Assembly (NCBI GenBank): GCA_963781265.1
Contig: CAWAFH010000018.1
Span: 692,107-756,106 of the forward strand
Length of the DNA stretch: 64,000 nt
Direction of reading: 5' to 3'
Source of the DNA: an uncultured Solirubrobacterales bacterium
Lineage (GTDB): Bacteria; Actinomycetota; Thermoleophilia; Solirubrobacterales; 70-9
A program made the translations under genes and the position numbers. Of the stretch, positions 47,333 through 56,763 are shown piece after piece. The notes under the pieces are model-generated. The model was not told the origin of the DNA, searched no databases, and saw only the letters and a list, made by a program, of their open reading frames with translations. The stretch's first letter is position 1; each line of letters starts with the position of its first letter.

Positions 47333-47880
47333 ATGAAGCTCAGAACGCCGAGCCACGCCACCGTTGTCGCCTACCTGGCGCTCTTCGTCGCGATCGGAGG
47401 AAGCGCCTACGCCGTCAGCAAGATCGGCTCTGCGCAGATCGAGAACCGCTCGATCAAGGGGAAGGACGTCGCGGATGAGGCTTTGGGCCCACGGCAGGTC
47501 GACGAGGCGAAGCTGGCGGGACCGATCGCGGTCGGCGACGCGACGATCGAGTCGTCTGTGACCCACCGCCGAGCGGTGAGATTGACTGCATCGGCAAGAC
47601 GATCCGGCTCGCTCGCGAGGTCCAGCGTTGCTGATCGTCGCGACCGGTGTCGGCTCGGCTGGGACTGGTGCGTGCGCGATGCAAGTCGACGGCGCGACGT
47701 CTAACGGGCAGAGTCCTAGGAGCGGACGACGCGGACCGATCGCCTCACGAAGCTGACCACCACCGCTCCCGAAGGGCCAGCACACGGTCGCGCTTGACAT
47801 GTCACAGAGGCGGTACGCCTTGACGTGTGAAGCGACCTCGCCATCGTCCGCGATCGCCGTCACCAACGCCGATCTCGGCT
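47333..47880 (+). pseudogene. N-terminally anchored hypothetical protein, probably frameshifted
   Basis: Good start (GGAGGGAGGGAG then ATG) and MKLRTPSHATVVAYLALFVAIGGSAYAV anchor. After about 47560 the plausible sequence (LLIVATGVGSAGTGACAMQVDGATSNGQSP; GQHTVAL...CEATSPSSAIAVTNADL) sits in other frames. Confidence 0.45.
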
Positions 47881-47912
47881 AACCGCCGCTCCCGTCGCCG
47901 CCCCGACCCGCC

Positions 47913-48407
47913 CTACAACCGATACCGCGCCAGATCCGCGTCCAACCGCTTCGAGTCCGCTTCGTCCATCGCCTCCGCCGGCGGTTCCGCGGAACCGCCG
48001 AAATCGTCGCCCCCCTCATCGCCCCCGCCCTTCCGCCAGCGCCTGAGCCCCACGACGATCGCCACGAGCGCCGCGAGGATCGCCGCGCCCGGCACCAGCC
48101 ACGCGACCAGGTCGAACCCGGAGTCGTCCGGCGTCGCCAGCACCTCCGAGCCGAACTCGGCGACGAGGCGGTCCTTGATCTCGTCCTTGGTCAGGCCCTC
48201 GGCGATCAGCCCGCGGATGAAGTCGCGCTCCTGGTTCGCCTGCGGGGCCTCGGTCGCGAGCTCGAGCGGGACGCCGCAGACGATGCACATCACCTCGTCC
48301 TCGATATCGGGGAGAGAGGTCTGGGGCTCGGCCGACTGCGCAGCCGCCAGCGGCGGAAGCGCGAGCGTCGCGACGGCCACGAGCAGCGCCACCCGCCGGA
48401 CCATCAC
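47913..48407 (-). CDS. ccmH: cytochrome c-type biogenesis protein CcmH/NrfF-like
   Basis: Signal peptide, CxxC (MCIVCG), a CcmH-family block (RDFIRGLIAEGLTKDEIKDRLVAEFGSEVL) and a TM helix. Confidence 0.8.
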   Translation of the reverse strand: MMVRRVALLVAVATLALPPLAAAQSAEPQTSLPDIEDEVMCIVCGVPLELATEAPQANQERDFIRGLIAEGLTKDEIKDRLVAEFGSEVLATPDDSGFDLVAWLVPGAAILAALVAIVVGLRRWRKGGGDEGGDDFGGSAEPPAEAMDEADSKRLDADLARYRL

Positions 48408-48952
48408 GCCCCCTCGATCATCGGCGCGACCTGCTGGTTCAGGAACGACTCGGTGACCTGCCCGGGCAGCTGCAGCGCGAGGTTGCCGTCGGGATCGACC
48501 AGAAACGACTCCGGGACCCCGGTCGTCTTCAGCCCCTCCTTCGCGTAGTTGCCGTCGCCGTCGTGAAGCTGGGGGTAGGTGAGGTTGAACTCGTCGACGA
48601 AGCCGAGCCCGCCCTCGCCGGTCTCCTGGGTGTCGATCCCGAGCACCTCGAAGTCGTCATCGCGGTGGCGGCGATAGAAGCTCTCGAGCGCCGGCGCCTC
48701 GTCACGGCACGGCCCGCACCACGAGGCCCAGACATTGACGAGGACCCACTTGCCCTGGTGATCGGCGACGGAGCCGGTCTCGGATTCGGAGCCGAGCACC
48801 GGCAGCGAGTCGGTCGGTACCTCGTCCCCGACCGACAGCCGCGCCTCGCCCTTCGACACGAGGCCGAAGACGAGCAGGCCGACGATGGCGAGGACGCCCA
48901 TGAAGACGGCGAAGGCCCGCGCGCTCACCCGCCGAAGCGTAGAGAGGCTCAA
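48404..48952 (-). CDS. thiol:disulfide oxidoreductase, TlpA/ResA/CcmG (DsbE) family
   Basis: N-terminal anchor and thioredoxin motif WASWCGPCRDEAP. 4-nt overlap with ccmH. Confidence 0.85.
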   Translation of the reverse strand: MSLSTLRRVSARAFAVFMGVLAIVGLLVFGLVSKGEARLSVGDEVPTDSLPVLGSESETGSVADHQGKWVLVNVWASWCGPCRDEAPALESFYRRHRDDDFEVLGIDTQETGEGGLGFVDEFNLTYPQLHDGDGNYAKEGLKTTGVPESFLVDPDGNLALQLPGQVTESFLNQQVAPMIEGA

Positions 48953-48976
48953 TCACGGTCTAGACTGCGGCGCTCT

Positions 48977-49049
48977 GCGGGAGTAGCTCAGTTGGTAGAG
49001 CACCAGCTTCCCAAGCTGGGGGTCGCGGGTTCGAGACCCGTCTCCCGCT
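48977..49049 (+). tRNA. tRNA-Gly (anticodon CCC)
   Basis: Manual cloverleaf: acceptor GCGGGAG/CTCCCGC, D arm GCTC-AGTTGGTA-GAGC, anticodon arm CCAGC-TTCCCAA-GCTGG, T arm GCGGG-TTCGAGA-CCCGT. CCA is not encoded. Confidence 0.9.
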
Positions 49050-49181
49050 TTCGCCTCGCGGCTCGCGCCCGCCGAAGGCCTCGCGCCGCTGGGGCATCAC
49101 CGCGCCAGGGAAGGTTCGCGGCTGCGAGGCGCGAAGTGCCCCTGTTGGTAGTCCAACCGAACCCATTTAGGGGAGGAGCGC

Positions 49182-49631
49182 ATGAACAAAAAGGGGCTCG
49201 TCGTCGCGATCGCGGCGACTCTGACTCTCAGCCTGATGGTCCCGATCTTCGCGTCAGCGGGGACCGCGATCACCGCCCACGCGACGGGCGATCAGGTCGT
49301 CAACCCGGCCGGCGGCGACCCGAAGGGCGTCGCTGACTTCCGGCTCAAGGTGAACCGGGTCAAGCAGCGGATCTGTTACACGATCACGTTCTCCAAGATC
49401 GACGACGTGACCGGAGCCTTCCTGCACAAGGGCGGCCCGAACCAGATCGCGCGTCCGATCGCGACCTTCTTCACCGACAAGCAGGGCGCGACCAGCCCCC
49501 GCAAGGGTTGCGTGAAGAACCTCAAGAAGCGGATCGTCAAGCGCCTCAAGCGCAAGCCCGATGCGCACTACGTCGACCTGACCTCGAAGAATCGCCCCAA
49601 CGGCGCGGTTCGCGGCCAGCTCGAGGAGTAG
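49182..49631 (+). CDS. secreted CHRD domain protein
   Basis: Signal peptide, then a CHRD-like pattern (GAFLHKGGPNQ...HYVDLTSKNRPNGAVRGQL). RBS AGGGGAGGAG upstream. Confidence 0.75.
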   Translation: MNKKGLVVAIAATLTLSLMVPIFASAGTAITAHATGDQVVNPAGGDPKGVADFRLKVNRVKQRICYTITFSKIDDVTGAFLHKGGPNQIARPIATFFTDKQGATSPRKGCVKNLKKRIVKRLKRKPDAHYVDLTSKNRPNGAVRGQLEE

Positions 49632-49645
49632 TTCCCGACGGTCGA

Positions 49646-49675
49646 GGGGCGCGCCGGCATCGTCCGGCGCGCCCC
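49646..49675 (+). terminator. GC hairpin after the CHRD gene (putative terminator)
   Basis: Perfect 12-bp stem GGGGCGCGCCGG/CCGGCGCGCCCC with a 6-nt loop, 15 nt after the stop. Confidence 0.45.
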
Positions 49676-49723
49676 GCCGACCTTCCTCCGGGCGCGGCGG
49701 GCGGCCACTAGGCTGGCTCGCCG

Positions 49724-50620
49724 ATGATCGTCTGTCTCGGCGAAGCCCTGGTCGACCTGATCTGCGAGCGGCCGGTCGGGTCACTCGGCGAGGCCGACTC
49801 GTTCTCGCCGCACTTCGGCGGCGCGCTCGCCAACGTCGCGGTCGCCGCCCGCCGCGCCGGCGCCGACTCGGCGCTCGCCGGCGCCGCCGGCGATGACGAG
49901 TGGGGTCGCTGGCTCGCCGAGCGGCTCGAGCGCGAGGGTGTCGGCCTCGACTTCTTCGAGCTGATCGAGGGCGAACAGACGCCGCTCGCCTTCGCGACCT
50001 TCGGCGCCGACGGCGAGCCGAGCTTTCAGATCTATGGCGACGCGATCGAGCTCGCGGTCGCCGCGGTCGCGCCGCGCATCGAGCCCGCGATCGAGGCGGC
50101 GACCGCCCTCGTCTTCGGCTCGACCACGCTCGCCACGCCGGGCGAGCGCGAGGTCACGCTGCGCGCCCGCGAGCTCGCGCTCGAGCGGGGCGCTCGGATC
50201 TGCTTCGACCCCAACATCCGCCCGAACCGATGGGGCGGTGACCCCGAACCCGCGGCGGCGGTCTCACGCGAGCTGATCGCCGGTTCGGCCGTTGTCCGCG
50301 CCAACCGCACCGAGGCGACCCGGATCGCCGGCGTCGAGGACCCGCGCGAGGCTGCGGAGGCGATCGCCGCGCTCGGCGCCGACCTGGCGGTCGTCACGCT
50401 CGGCGCGGAGGGGGCGGTGATTCGCGGCGCTTGCGACGCCGAGGCGCCGGCGCCCGAGGTCGAGGTGGTCTCGACGATTGGCGCCGGGGATGCGTTCATG
50501 GGAACGCTGGTCGCGGGGCTCGCGAACCTCGACTGGAACCTGGAGCGGGCCGACGAGGCGCTCGGTCCGGCGCTCGACGCCGCGGCAGCCGCGTGTACGC
50601 GGATGCCCGCGCTCGACTAG
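49724..50620 (+). CDS. PfkB-family carbohydrate kinase
   Basis: GGALANVA N-terminal motif and C-terminal GAGDAFMGTLVAGL. Confidence 0.88.
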   Translation: MIVCLGEALVDLICERPVGSLGEADSFSPHFGGALANVAVAARRAGADSALAGAAGDDEWGRWLAERLEREGVGLDFFELIEGEQTPLAFATFGADGEPSFQIYGDAIELAVAAVAPRIEPAIEAATALVFGSTTLATPGEREVTLRARELALERGARICFDPNIRPNRWGGDPEPAAAVSRELIAGSAVVRANRTEATRIAGVEDPREAAEAIAALGADLAVVTLGAEGAVIRGACDAEAPAPEVEVVSTIGAGDAFMGTLVAGLANLDWNLERADEALGPALDAAAAACTRMPALD

Positions 50621-50629
50621 GGTGGTCGC

Positions 50630-51370
50630 GTGAGCGGGGAGCCCATCCAGTCGCGCGTCCGCGTCGGCAAGGTCATCAGCGAGACGTTTGCGCTTTACGG
50701 CGCCTACGCCGGTCCGCTGCTCGGCAGCGCCTTCGTCGTCTTCGTGCTGACCGGCGTTCTGCAGGCGCTGCTGCGCGATTCGGGCGGCTTCGTGCTCGCG
50801 CTCGTCGCCACCGTCATCGGCCTGGTCGCGAGCGCTCTCTACACCGGCTTCGTCGTCTCTTTGGTCAGCGACGTGCGCGACGGCAGGCGCGATCAGAGCG
50901 TCGGCCAGCTGTTCGCCGCGGCCAGGGACGTGATCTGGCCGCTGATCGGCGCCGCGGTTCTCGCCGGGATCGGGATCACGATCGGGCTCGCGCTGCTGAT
51001 CATCCCCGGCCTCTTCTTGCTCACGATCTGGGCGGTGATCTCGCCCGCGATCGTGATCGAGCGGGTCGGCGTCCTCGGCTCGTTCGGGCGCAGCCACGAG
51101 CTCGTCCGGGGCAATGCCTGGGAGGTCTTCGGCGCGATCCTGGTCGGCTTCTTGATCTCGATCGTGGCCGGCTTCATCGCCGCTGCGATCGGCACGAGCA
51201 TCGGCCTCGGCGCCCTGATCGTGCTCGTGATCGCCGTCAGCGTGCTGACCGCGCCGATCCCGGCACTGATCGCGAGCATCCTCTTCTTCGACCTCGGCGG
51301 CGGCACCGCGGCCGCGGCCAGCACGGCGCCGCCGGGCGAGTCCCCGCCCGAGCCTCCCGCGACCGCCTAG
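50630..51370 (+). CDS. hypothetical polytopic membrane protein
   Basis: GTG start, 5-6 hydrophobic helices and a Pro-rich tail. No family recognised. Confidence 0.7.
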   Translation: MSGEPIQSRVRVGKVISETFALYGAYAGPLLGSAFVVFVLTGVLQALLRDSGGFVLALVATVIGLVASALYTGFVVSLVSDVRDGRRDQSVGQLFAAARDVIWPLIGAAVLAGIGITIGLALLIIPGLFLLTIWAVISPAIVIERVGVLGSFGRSHELVRGNAWEVFGAILVGFLISIVAGFIAAAIGTSIGLGALIVLVIAVSVLTAPIPALIASILFFDLGGGTAAAASTAPPGESPPEPPATA

Positions 51371-51387
51371 CCGCTACCTTCGCTCGC

Positions 51388-51894
51388 GTGAGCGGCGGCG
51401 CACCGATCGAGGTCGTCAAGACCTACCTCGAGATCACCGATCTCTCCGACCTGCGCCCGCCCGAGCGCCCGCCCGGGCGGCCTTTCGACCTTGAGCGGGT
51501 CAGCGACCCGGAACTGAATCGATGGTTCTACGAGCGTGTCGGTGCCAACCATTACTGGGTCGACCGGCTGGGCTGGACCGACGGGCAGTGGGCCGACTGG
51601 GAGCGGCGGGTCGAGACGTGGGTCGTGGTCGTCGAGGGCGAGCGGGGCGGCTACTTCGAGCTCGAGCCCTACTCGCGCGGGCGGCTCGTCCAGCTCGCCT
51701 ACTTCGGCCTGCTGAAGCCCTTCCAGGGGCTTGGGATCGGTGGCCACGCGCTCGCCCAGGCGATCCGGCGCGGGCTCGAGCTCGGGCCCAAGGTCGCGGT
51801 GAGCACCAACACCCAGGACGGCCCGTACGCGCTCGCCAACTACGAGGCCCGGGGGATGCAGCCCGTCCGCCGCGAGCGGGGGACGATCGGGTAG
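51388..51894 (+). CDS. GNAT-family N-acetyltransferase (tentative)
   Basis: GTG at 51388. The acetyl-CoA loop-like FQGLGIGGHALAQAIRRG sits in the right position. Only the last 168 codons of track ORF 50431..51894 are used. Confidence 0.65.
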   Translation: MSGGAPIEVVKTYLEITDLSDLRPPERPPGRPFDLERVSDPELNRWFYERVGANHYWVDRLGWTDGQWADWERRVETWVVVVEGERGGYFELEPYSRGRLVQLAYFGLLKPFQGLGIGGHALAQAIRRGLELGPKVAVSTNTQDGPYALANYEARGMQPVRRERGTIG

Positions 51895-52599
51895 CTAGGT
51901 CGGCTGCGTCGCCGGGCGGATCAGGATCTCGTTGACGTCGACGTTCGCCGGCTGCGAGAGCGCGAAGATCACGGCGCGCGCGATGTCCTCGTCGGCCAGC
52001 GCGCCCTCGGGGCGGTTGTCGAAGAACGGCGTGTCGACCATCCCGGGCTCGATCAGCGTCGTGCGGATGCCCTGGTTGTCGTGCATCGTGCGCAGCTCGC
52101 CGCGCAGCGCCTCGCCGATCGCCGTGACCGCCCACTTCGTCGCGGAATACAGCGAGCCCGGCAACGCTCGTCGGCCGGCCACCGAGCTCGTGATCACGTA
52201 GTGGCCGGTGCCACGCTCCAGCAGATGGGGCAGCGTGGCCCGGATCGTCAGGGCGACGCCGTACACGTTGGTCAGCACCATCTCGCGCCAGAACTCCGGG
52301 GACTCCTCCAGGAATCCGCGCTTGGCGCCGAAGCCGGCATTGGCGAAGACGGCGTCGATGCCGCCGAAGGCGCCGATTGCCGCCGCGGCGATCGCCTCGT
52401 TGTCCTCCCATTCGGTGACGTCGCAGCGGACCGCGATCGCGGCCTCCTCGCCGCCCAGCTCATCGGCGAGGGCCTGCAGCTTGTCCTCGCTGCGGGCTCC
52501 GAGCACGAGGCGGTAGCCCTGCTGCGAAGCGGCGCGGGCGGTGGCGGCGCCGATTCCGCTCGACGCCCCGGTGATCAGCAGTACGGGCTTGTCGGTCAT
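51895..52599 (-). CDS. SDR-family oxidoreductase
   Basis: ATG at 52597-52599. TGASSGIGAATA, NAG and YSATKWAV motifs. Confidence 0.9.
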   Translation of the reverse strand: MTDKPVLLITGASSGIGAATARAASQQGYRLVLGARSEDKLQALADELGGEEAAIAVRCDVTEWEDNEAIAAAAIGAFGGIDAVFANAGFGAKRGFLEESPEFWREMVLTNVYGVALTIRATLPHLLERGTGHYVITSSVAGRRALPGSLYSATKWAVTAIGEALRGELRTMHDNQGIRTTLIEPGMVDTPFFDNRPEGALADEDIARAVIFALSQPANVDVNEILIRPATQPT

Positions 52600-52642
52600 G
52601 GCGCGCAAGGTACCCGACCGCGATCGCCATAATCTGAGGACA

Positions 52643-53074
52643 GTGGATCCCGATCGCAAACGAAGGGTTCGCCTCGTCGTGGCGATGTCGGTCGCGGTGC
52701 TGCTCGCCGCCGGCTTGGTCTATGTCTCGTTCTCGGCATCGAGCGAGGCGAAGAGCCCCTCGGAGCTCGACCAGGTCGAGTCCGGCGGCCCGTACCAGCT
52801 CGCCGGCAAGGTCGACAAGATCCTGAGCGGGAGCGCCGACGGTTACGGCCCCGTCAAGTTCAGGGCCGTCGACGACGACGATCAGGCCGCCGGGGGGCTG
52901 GTCGTCAGCTACACCGGCGAGCGCGCCGACGCCTTCCGCGAGGGCCGCGAGATCGTCGTCGACGGCTCGATGCACAACGGCGTCTTCGTCGGCGATCGGG
53001 ACACGCTGCTGACGAAGTGCCCGTCGAAGTTCTCCGAGCAGGCGAAGAGCGACACCAACGTCATCATCGAGTAG
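52643..53074 (+). CDS. ccmE: cytochrome c maturation heme chaperone CcmE, Cys-type variant
   Basis: GTG at 52643 after GAGGA. N-terminal anchor, OB-fold-like core (YQLAGKV...FRAVDD...VSYTGERADAFREGREIVVDG). The heme-attachment region reads TKCPSKF (Cys codon 53018-53020) where canonical CcmE has H-x3-Y. Confidence 0.8.
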   Translation: MDPDRKRRVRLVVAMSVAVLLAAGLVYVSFSASSEAKSPSELDQVESGGPYQLAGKVDKILSGSADGYGPVKFRAVDDDDQAAGGLVVSYTGERADAFREGREIVVDGSMHNGVFVGDRDTLLTKCPSKFSEQAKSDTNVIIE

Positions 53075-53986
53075 CCGGGCCCCTACTCCGCAGCCCGGCG
53101 ACTTCGACGGCCTGTTCACAGGTCCATGAACCGATCAAGGCCTGCACGGCGAGACCTAGGCCGCCTTCACGACCTCGACGTTCTCCTGCGACATCGCCCG
53201 CGCAGTATCTCGCTCTTGCAGTGACCCGGCTCGCTCGCTTTCAGTGAAAGCGGGGCGCTCTGCGAATCAGCCCGGGTGGCGCGGCCGGCAGGTGTTGGTG
53301 AGCGGCTGAGGCCGCATGGGCACGCGCTCGGTGCCCTTCACGTGGATCCTGGTCTGGGAGAAAATCTCGCGATCACAGCTGTTGATGAAGTGCGGCCGGC
53401 CGAGGTGGATCGAGATCGGGATGCAGCCCGCCGGCCCAGGGCACATCTGACCGCTGCCCTGGGCGTTGGCCGAGGTCCAGTGATTCCAGCTCAGAACGGT
53501 CAGCTGGACGCCGTCGCCTCCCCGCTCTGTGAGCAGGCACCAGCGCCGGGGCCGTCGCTTCGGGAGGCGTTCCACCTCAGGTGTCCCGGGCTGCCCGCTG
53601 GAACAGACAACTGACGGTGTCGTCTTCGCCGAATTTCGAGATGGCCTGACCACCGCAGCCGAGGCCGAAAACGCAACCAAGGCGGCCGCGAACGAAGACC
53701 CCCGCCGCTGCGCGGGGCAGTGTGCTCGCGAGTCCGCGGAGTAAAGCCTTCACGCCATGATCTTCTCGACCGTGCGCCGCGGCGGCATCCGCAGCGCGTA
53801 CGGGCCCGGCTCGGTGGCCTCAACGGAGGCCACGCGTGGGCCCAAAGCGCTCACCACGTCGCTCACCTCGAGAGGCGGTTTGTTGGCGCGTAGCGGTAGA
53901 AACCCGCCTCTCGGCGCGCTCGCGCCGGAGTGCGCCGGCTCTGCAAGCGAGGTCGAAGTCACGCCGCGAAGCGGTGAGCGTCCCCG

Positions 53987-54439
53987 CTAGCTCTCGAGCT
54001 CGGCGTTGATCCGGTCGATCAGGCCCTGAATCCGCTGCTGGGCCCGGGTCGTCTGCTGCTGCAGGTCCGCCGCGGCCTCGGCGGCCTGCTGGGCGTTGCC
54101 GCCGGCGAGCGCCCGCTGCGCGTCGCGCAGGCGATCCGACAGCTCCCGCATCCCGTCGACCATCTGCGCGTGCAGGTTGGCGACGTCCTCCGGGGGGTCG
54201 ACCGCCTCGATCTCGTTGGCGCTCGTCGCGAAGGCACGCGACAGCCGGCCCGCGACCTCGGCCGCCTGCTCCGAATTGGTCGGCGCTGGGCCGGAGACGA
54301 TCTTGCCGATCGAGTCGAGCAACTGCGTCTGCTCGGCGTTGACCTGCTCGACGTAGTCATTTTGCTCGGCGACCGAGCCGCATCCGGGGGCGACGATCGC
54401 GATCGCCACGGTGGCGGCCAGCGCGGTGAACTTGGTCAT
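53987..54439 (-). CDS. hypothetical lipoprotein (helical, Ala/Gln-rich)
   Basis: Signal plus lipobox (IVAPGC). 150 aa. Confidence 0.75.
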   Translation of the reverse strand: MTKFTALAATVAIAIVAPGCGSVAEQNDYVEQVNAEQTQLLDSIGKIVSGPAPTNSEQAAEVAGRLSRAFATSANEIEAVDPPEDVANLHAQMVDGMRELSDRLRDAQRALAGGNAQQAAEAAADLQQQTTRAQQRIQGLIDRINAELES

Positions 54440-54540
54440 CGGACTCCCCCTCTTCGGCGGTCGATCGGGCCGGCCGAATCTAGCCGCAGGCGCGGCGTTG
54501 CGATAATCGGCGGGTGCTCCGCGGTCAGAACCCCCGCTAG

Positions 54541-56751
54541 ATGGTCGAGCTCGGCGCCGCCTGCCTGATCGCGGCCCCGTTCGTCTGCGCCTACGCCGCG
54601 ATCGCGGCGATCGTCGGCGCGCGGCGTTCCGACCGCCGGCTGGTCGACTCCTCCCGGCGGGCGATCTACGGCCTCTGCGCCCTGCTGACGATCTCGGTGG
54701 TCGTGCTCGAGGCGGCCTTCGTGCGCTCGGACTTCAGCGTCGCGCTGGTCGCCGAGCATTCGTCCACGACGACCCCGCTCGGCTACAAGCTGACCGCGAT
54801 GTGGTCCAGCCAGGGCGGCTCGCTGCTGCTCTGGGCCTGGGTGCTGTCGATCGCCTCGAGCGGCGTCCTGTTCCTGACCCGCCGCCGCGATCGCGAGGTG
54901 GTTCCGTACGCGACCGCGGTGCTCGCCGGAATCGGCCTCTTCTTCACGGCGCTGATGCTGCTCGCCCCGGACGTGAACCCGTTCGGCCGCCTCGACCCGG
55001 CGCCGAGCGAGGGCGTTGGCCTCAATCCACTGCTGCGCCATCCGGCGATGGCGATCCACCCGCCGATGCTCTACTCCGGCTACGTGCTGTGGTCGATCCC
55101 GTTCGCGTTCGCGGTCGGGGCCCTGATCACCCGCCGCCTCGACGCGAGCTGGATCCGCCAGACGCGGCGCTTCGCCCTGGTCGCGTGGATCCTGCTCTCG
55201 ATCGGGGTCCTGCTCGGCAGCCGGTGGAGCTACTCCGAGCTCGGCTGGGGCGGCTACTGGGGCTGGGACGCGGTCGAGAACGCCTCGCTGATGCCGTGGC
55301 TGGTCGGCACCGCCTTCCTGCACTCGGTGATGGTCCAGGAGAAGCGCGGGATGCTGAAGGTCTGGAACGTGTCGCTGATCGTCGCCACGTTCAGCCTCGC
55401 CCTGCTGGGCACGTTCCTGGTCCGCTCCGGGATCCTCGAGTCGATCCACGCCTTCGGCGCGTCGACCGTCGGTCCCTGGCTGCTGGGGCTGATCGCGGTC
55501 GTGATCGTCGGCTCGGCGGCGCTGATCGTCGCGCGCCTGGACGACCTGCGCTCGGAGCGGCGGATCGAGTCGCTGGCGTCGCGCGAGTCGGTCTTTCTCA
55601 TCAACAACCTGCTCCTGGTCGGGCTCGCCGTGGTGATCTTCTGGGGCACGTTCTTCCCGCTGATCTCGGAGGCGTTCACCGGCGAGAAGTCCTCGCTGGG
55701 CGCCCCCTGGTTCGACCAGTACACGACGCCGCTCGCGATCATCCTGGTGCTGTTCACCGGGATCGGCCCGCTGCTTGCCTGGCGCAAGATCAGCCCGGGG
55801 TCGCTGTGGCGCCTGATCCGCGCGCCGCTCGCGGTCGCCGCCGCCGGGACGGTCGCCGTGCTCGCGTTCACCGACGCCGCCGACCACATCCCCGCGCTGA
55901 TCCTGTTCGCGTTCTCGTTCTTCGCGCTGTCGGCGCTGGTGGCCGAGTTCTGGCGCGGCGCCGCGGCCCAGCGAGCGTTGTCCGGCGGTAGCCGGATCGC
56001 CGCGCTCGGGCGGGTGATCGGTCGCAATCGGCGCCGCTACGGCGGCTACATCGTCCACGCCGGGATCGCGGTCCTGTTCATCGCGGTCGCCGCCTCGTCC
56101 AGCTTTCAGACGAGCAGCGACGTCCAGCTGAAGCCGGGCCAGACCACCGAGGTCGGCGACTACACGATCACCTACACGAAGCCGACCCAGGCGATCGACG
56201 GCGCGGAGCAACGGCTGACGTTCGGCGCGTTGCTCGACGTCGAGCGGCACGGCAAGCAGGTCGCGCTGCTGCACCCGTCGCGCAACTACTACTCGACCAC
56301 CGCGACCGACGCGACGATCGCCGGCTTCTTCGAGGGCGAGGCGACGAGTGAGGTCGGGCGCCGGACCACGGCCGGCGGCGACCTGTGGACCGCGATGCGG
56401 CCCGACCTGAGCTCGCTCGACCCGGTGATCGCCGGAGTCGACCGGCGGCTCGAGCGGACCCTGCCCGATGTCGGCGCCGGCGGCCCGACGCCGGAGCAGG
56501 TCGACGCGATGCGGTCGTACACGAGCCGCCAGGGGGAGGCGATCCGCAACCTCGCCGCGCTCTACGTAGCCAACCCGCTCCCGGTCGACTTCCGGATCAA
56601 CGTGAACCCGTTCGTGATCTGGATCTGGCTGGGCGGCGCGATCGGCATCGTCGGCGCCGTGATCGCGGCCTGGCCGGCGCCCGAGGCGCGCCGCCGCCGG
56701 GTCTCCGACGTCTACGCGGCCCGCCTCGCCCGCGACCTCGGTCGCGCCTGA
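54541..56751 (+). CDS. ccmF: cytochrome c-type biogenesis protein CcmF (heme lyase)
   Basis: 736 aa, many TM helices and the WWD motif WGGYWGWDAVENASLMPW. Confidence 0.93.
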   Translation: MVELGAACLIAAPFVCAYAAIAAIVGARRSDRRLVDSSRRAIYGLCALLTISVVVLEAAFVRSDFSVALVAEHSSTTTPLGYKLTAMWSSQGGSLLLWAWVLSIASSGVLFLTRRRDREVVPYATAVLAGIGLFFTALMLLAPDVNPFGRLDPAPSEGVGLNPLLRHPAMAIHPPMLYSGYVLWSIPFAFAVGALITRRLDASWIRQTRRFALVAWILLSIGVLLGSRWSYSELGWGGYWGWDAVENASLMPWLVGTAFLHSVMVQEKRGMLKVWNVSLIVATFSLALLGTFLVRSGILESIHAFGASTVGPWLLGLIAVVIVGSAALIVARLDDLRSERRIESLASRESVFLINNLLLVGLAVVIFWGTFFPLISEAFTGEKSSLGAPWFDQYTTPLAIILVLFTGIGPLLAWRKISPGSLWRLIRAPLAVAAAGTVAVLAFTDAADHIPALILFAFSFFALSALVAEFWRGAAAQRALSGGSRIAALGRVIGRNRRRYGGYIVHAGIAVLFIAVAASSSFQTSSDVQLKPGQTTEVGDYTITYTKPTQAIDGAEQRLTFGALLDVERHGKQVALLHPSRNYYSTTATDATIAGFFEGEATSEVGRRTTAGGDLWTAMRPDLSSLDPVIAGVDRRLERTLPDVGAGGPTPEQVDAMRSYTSRQGEAIRNLAALYVANPLPVDFRINVNPFVIWIWLGGAIGIVGAVIAAWPAPEARRRRVSDVYAARLARDLGRA

Positions 56752-56763
56752 GCGTCGCCGGCG

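Noticed and set aside
48977-51370. tRNA-Gly as the attachment site of a genomic island (CHRD, PfkB and membrane protein genes downstream)
   Set aside because: There is no integrase, no recombinase, and I could find no direct repeat of the tRNA 3' end downstream. The genes are ordinary housekeeping or accessory functions, and only the CHRD gene is mildly lower in GC.
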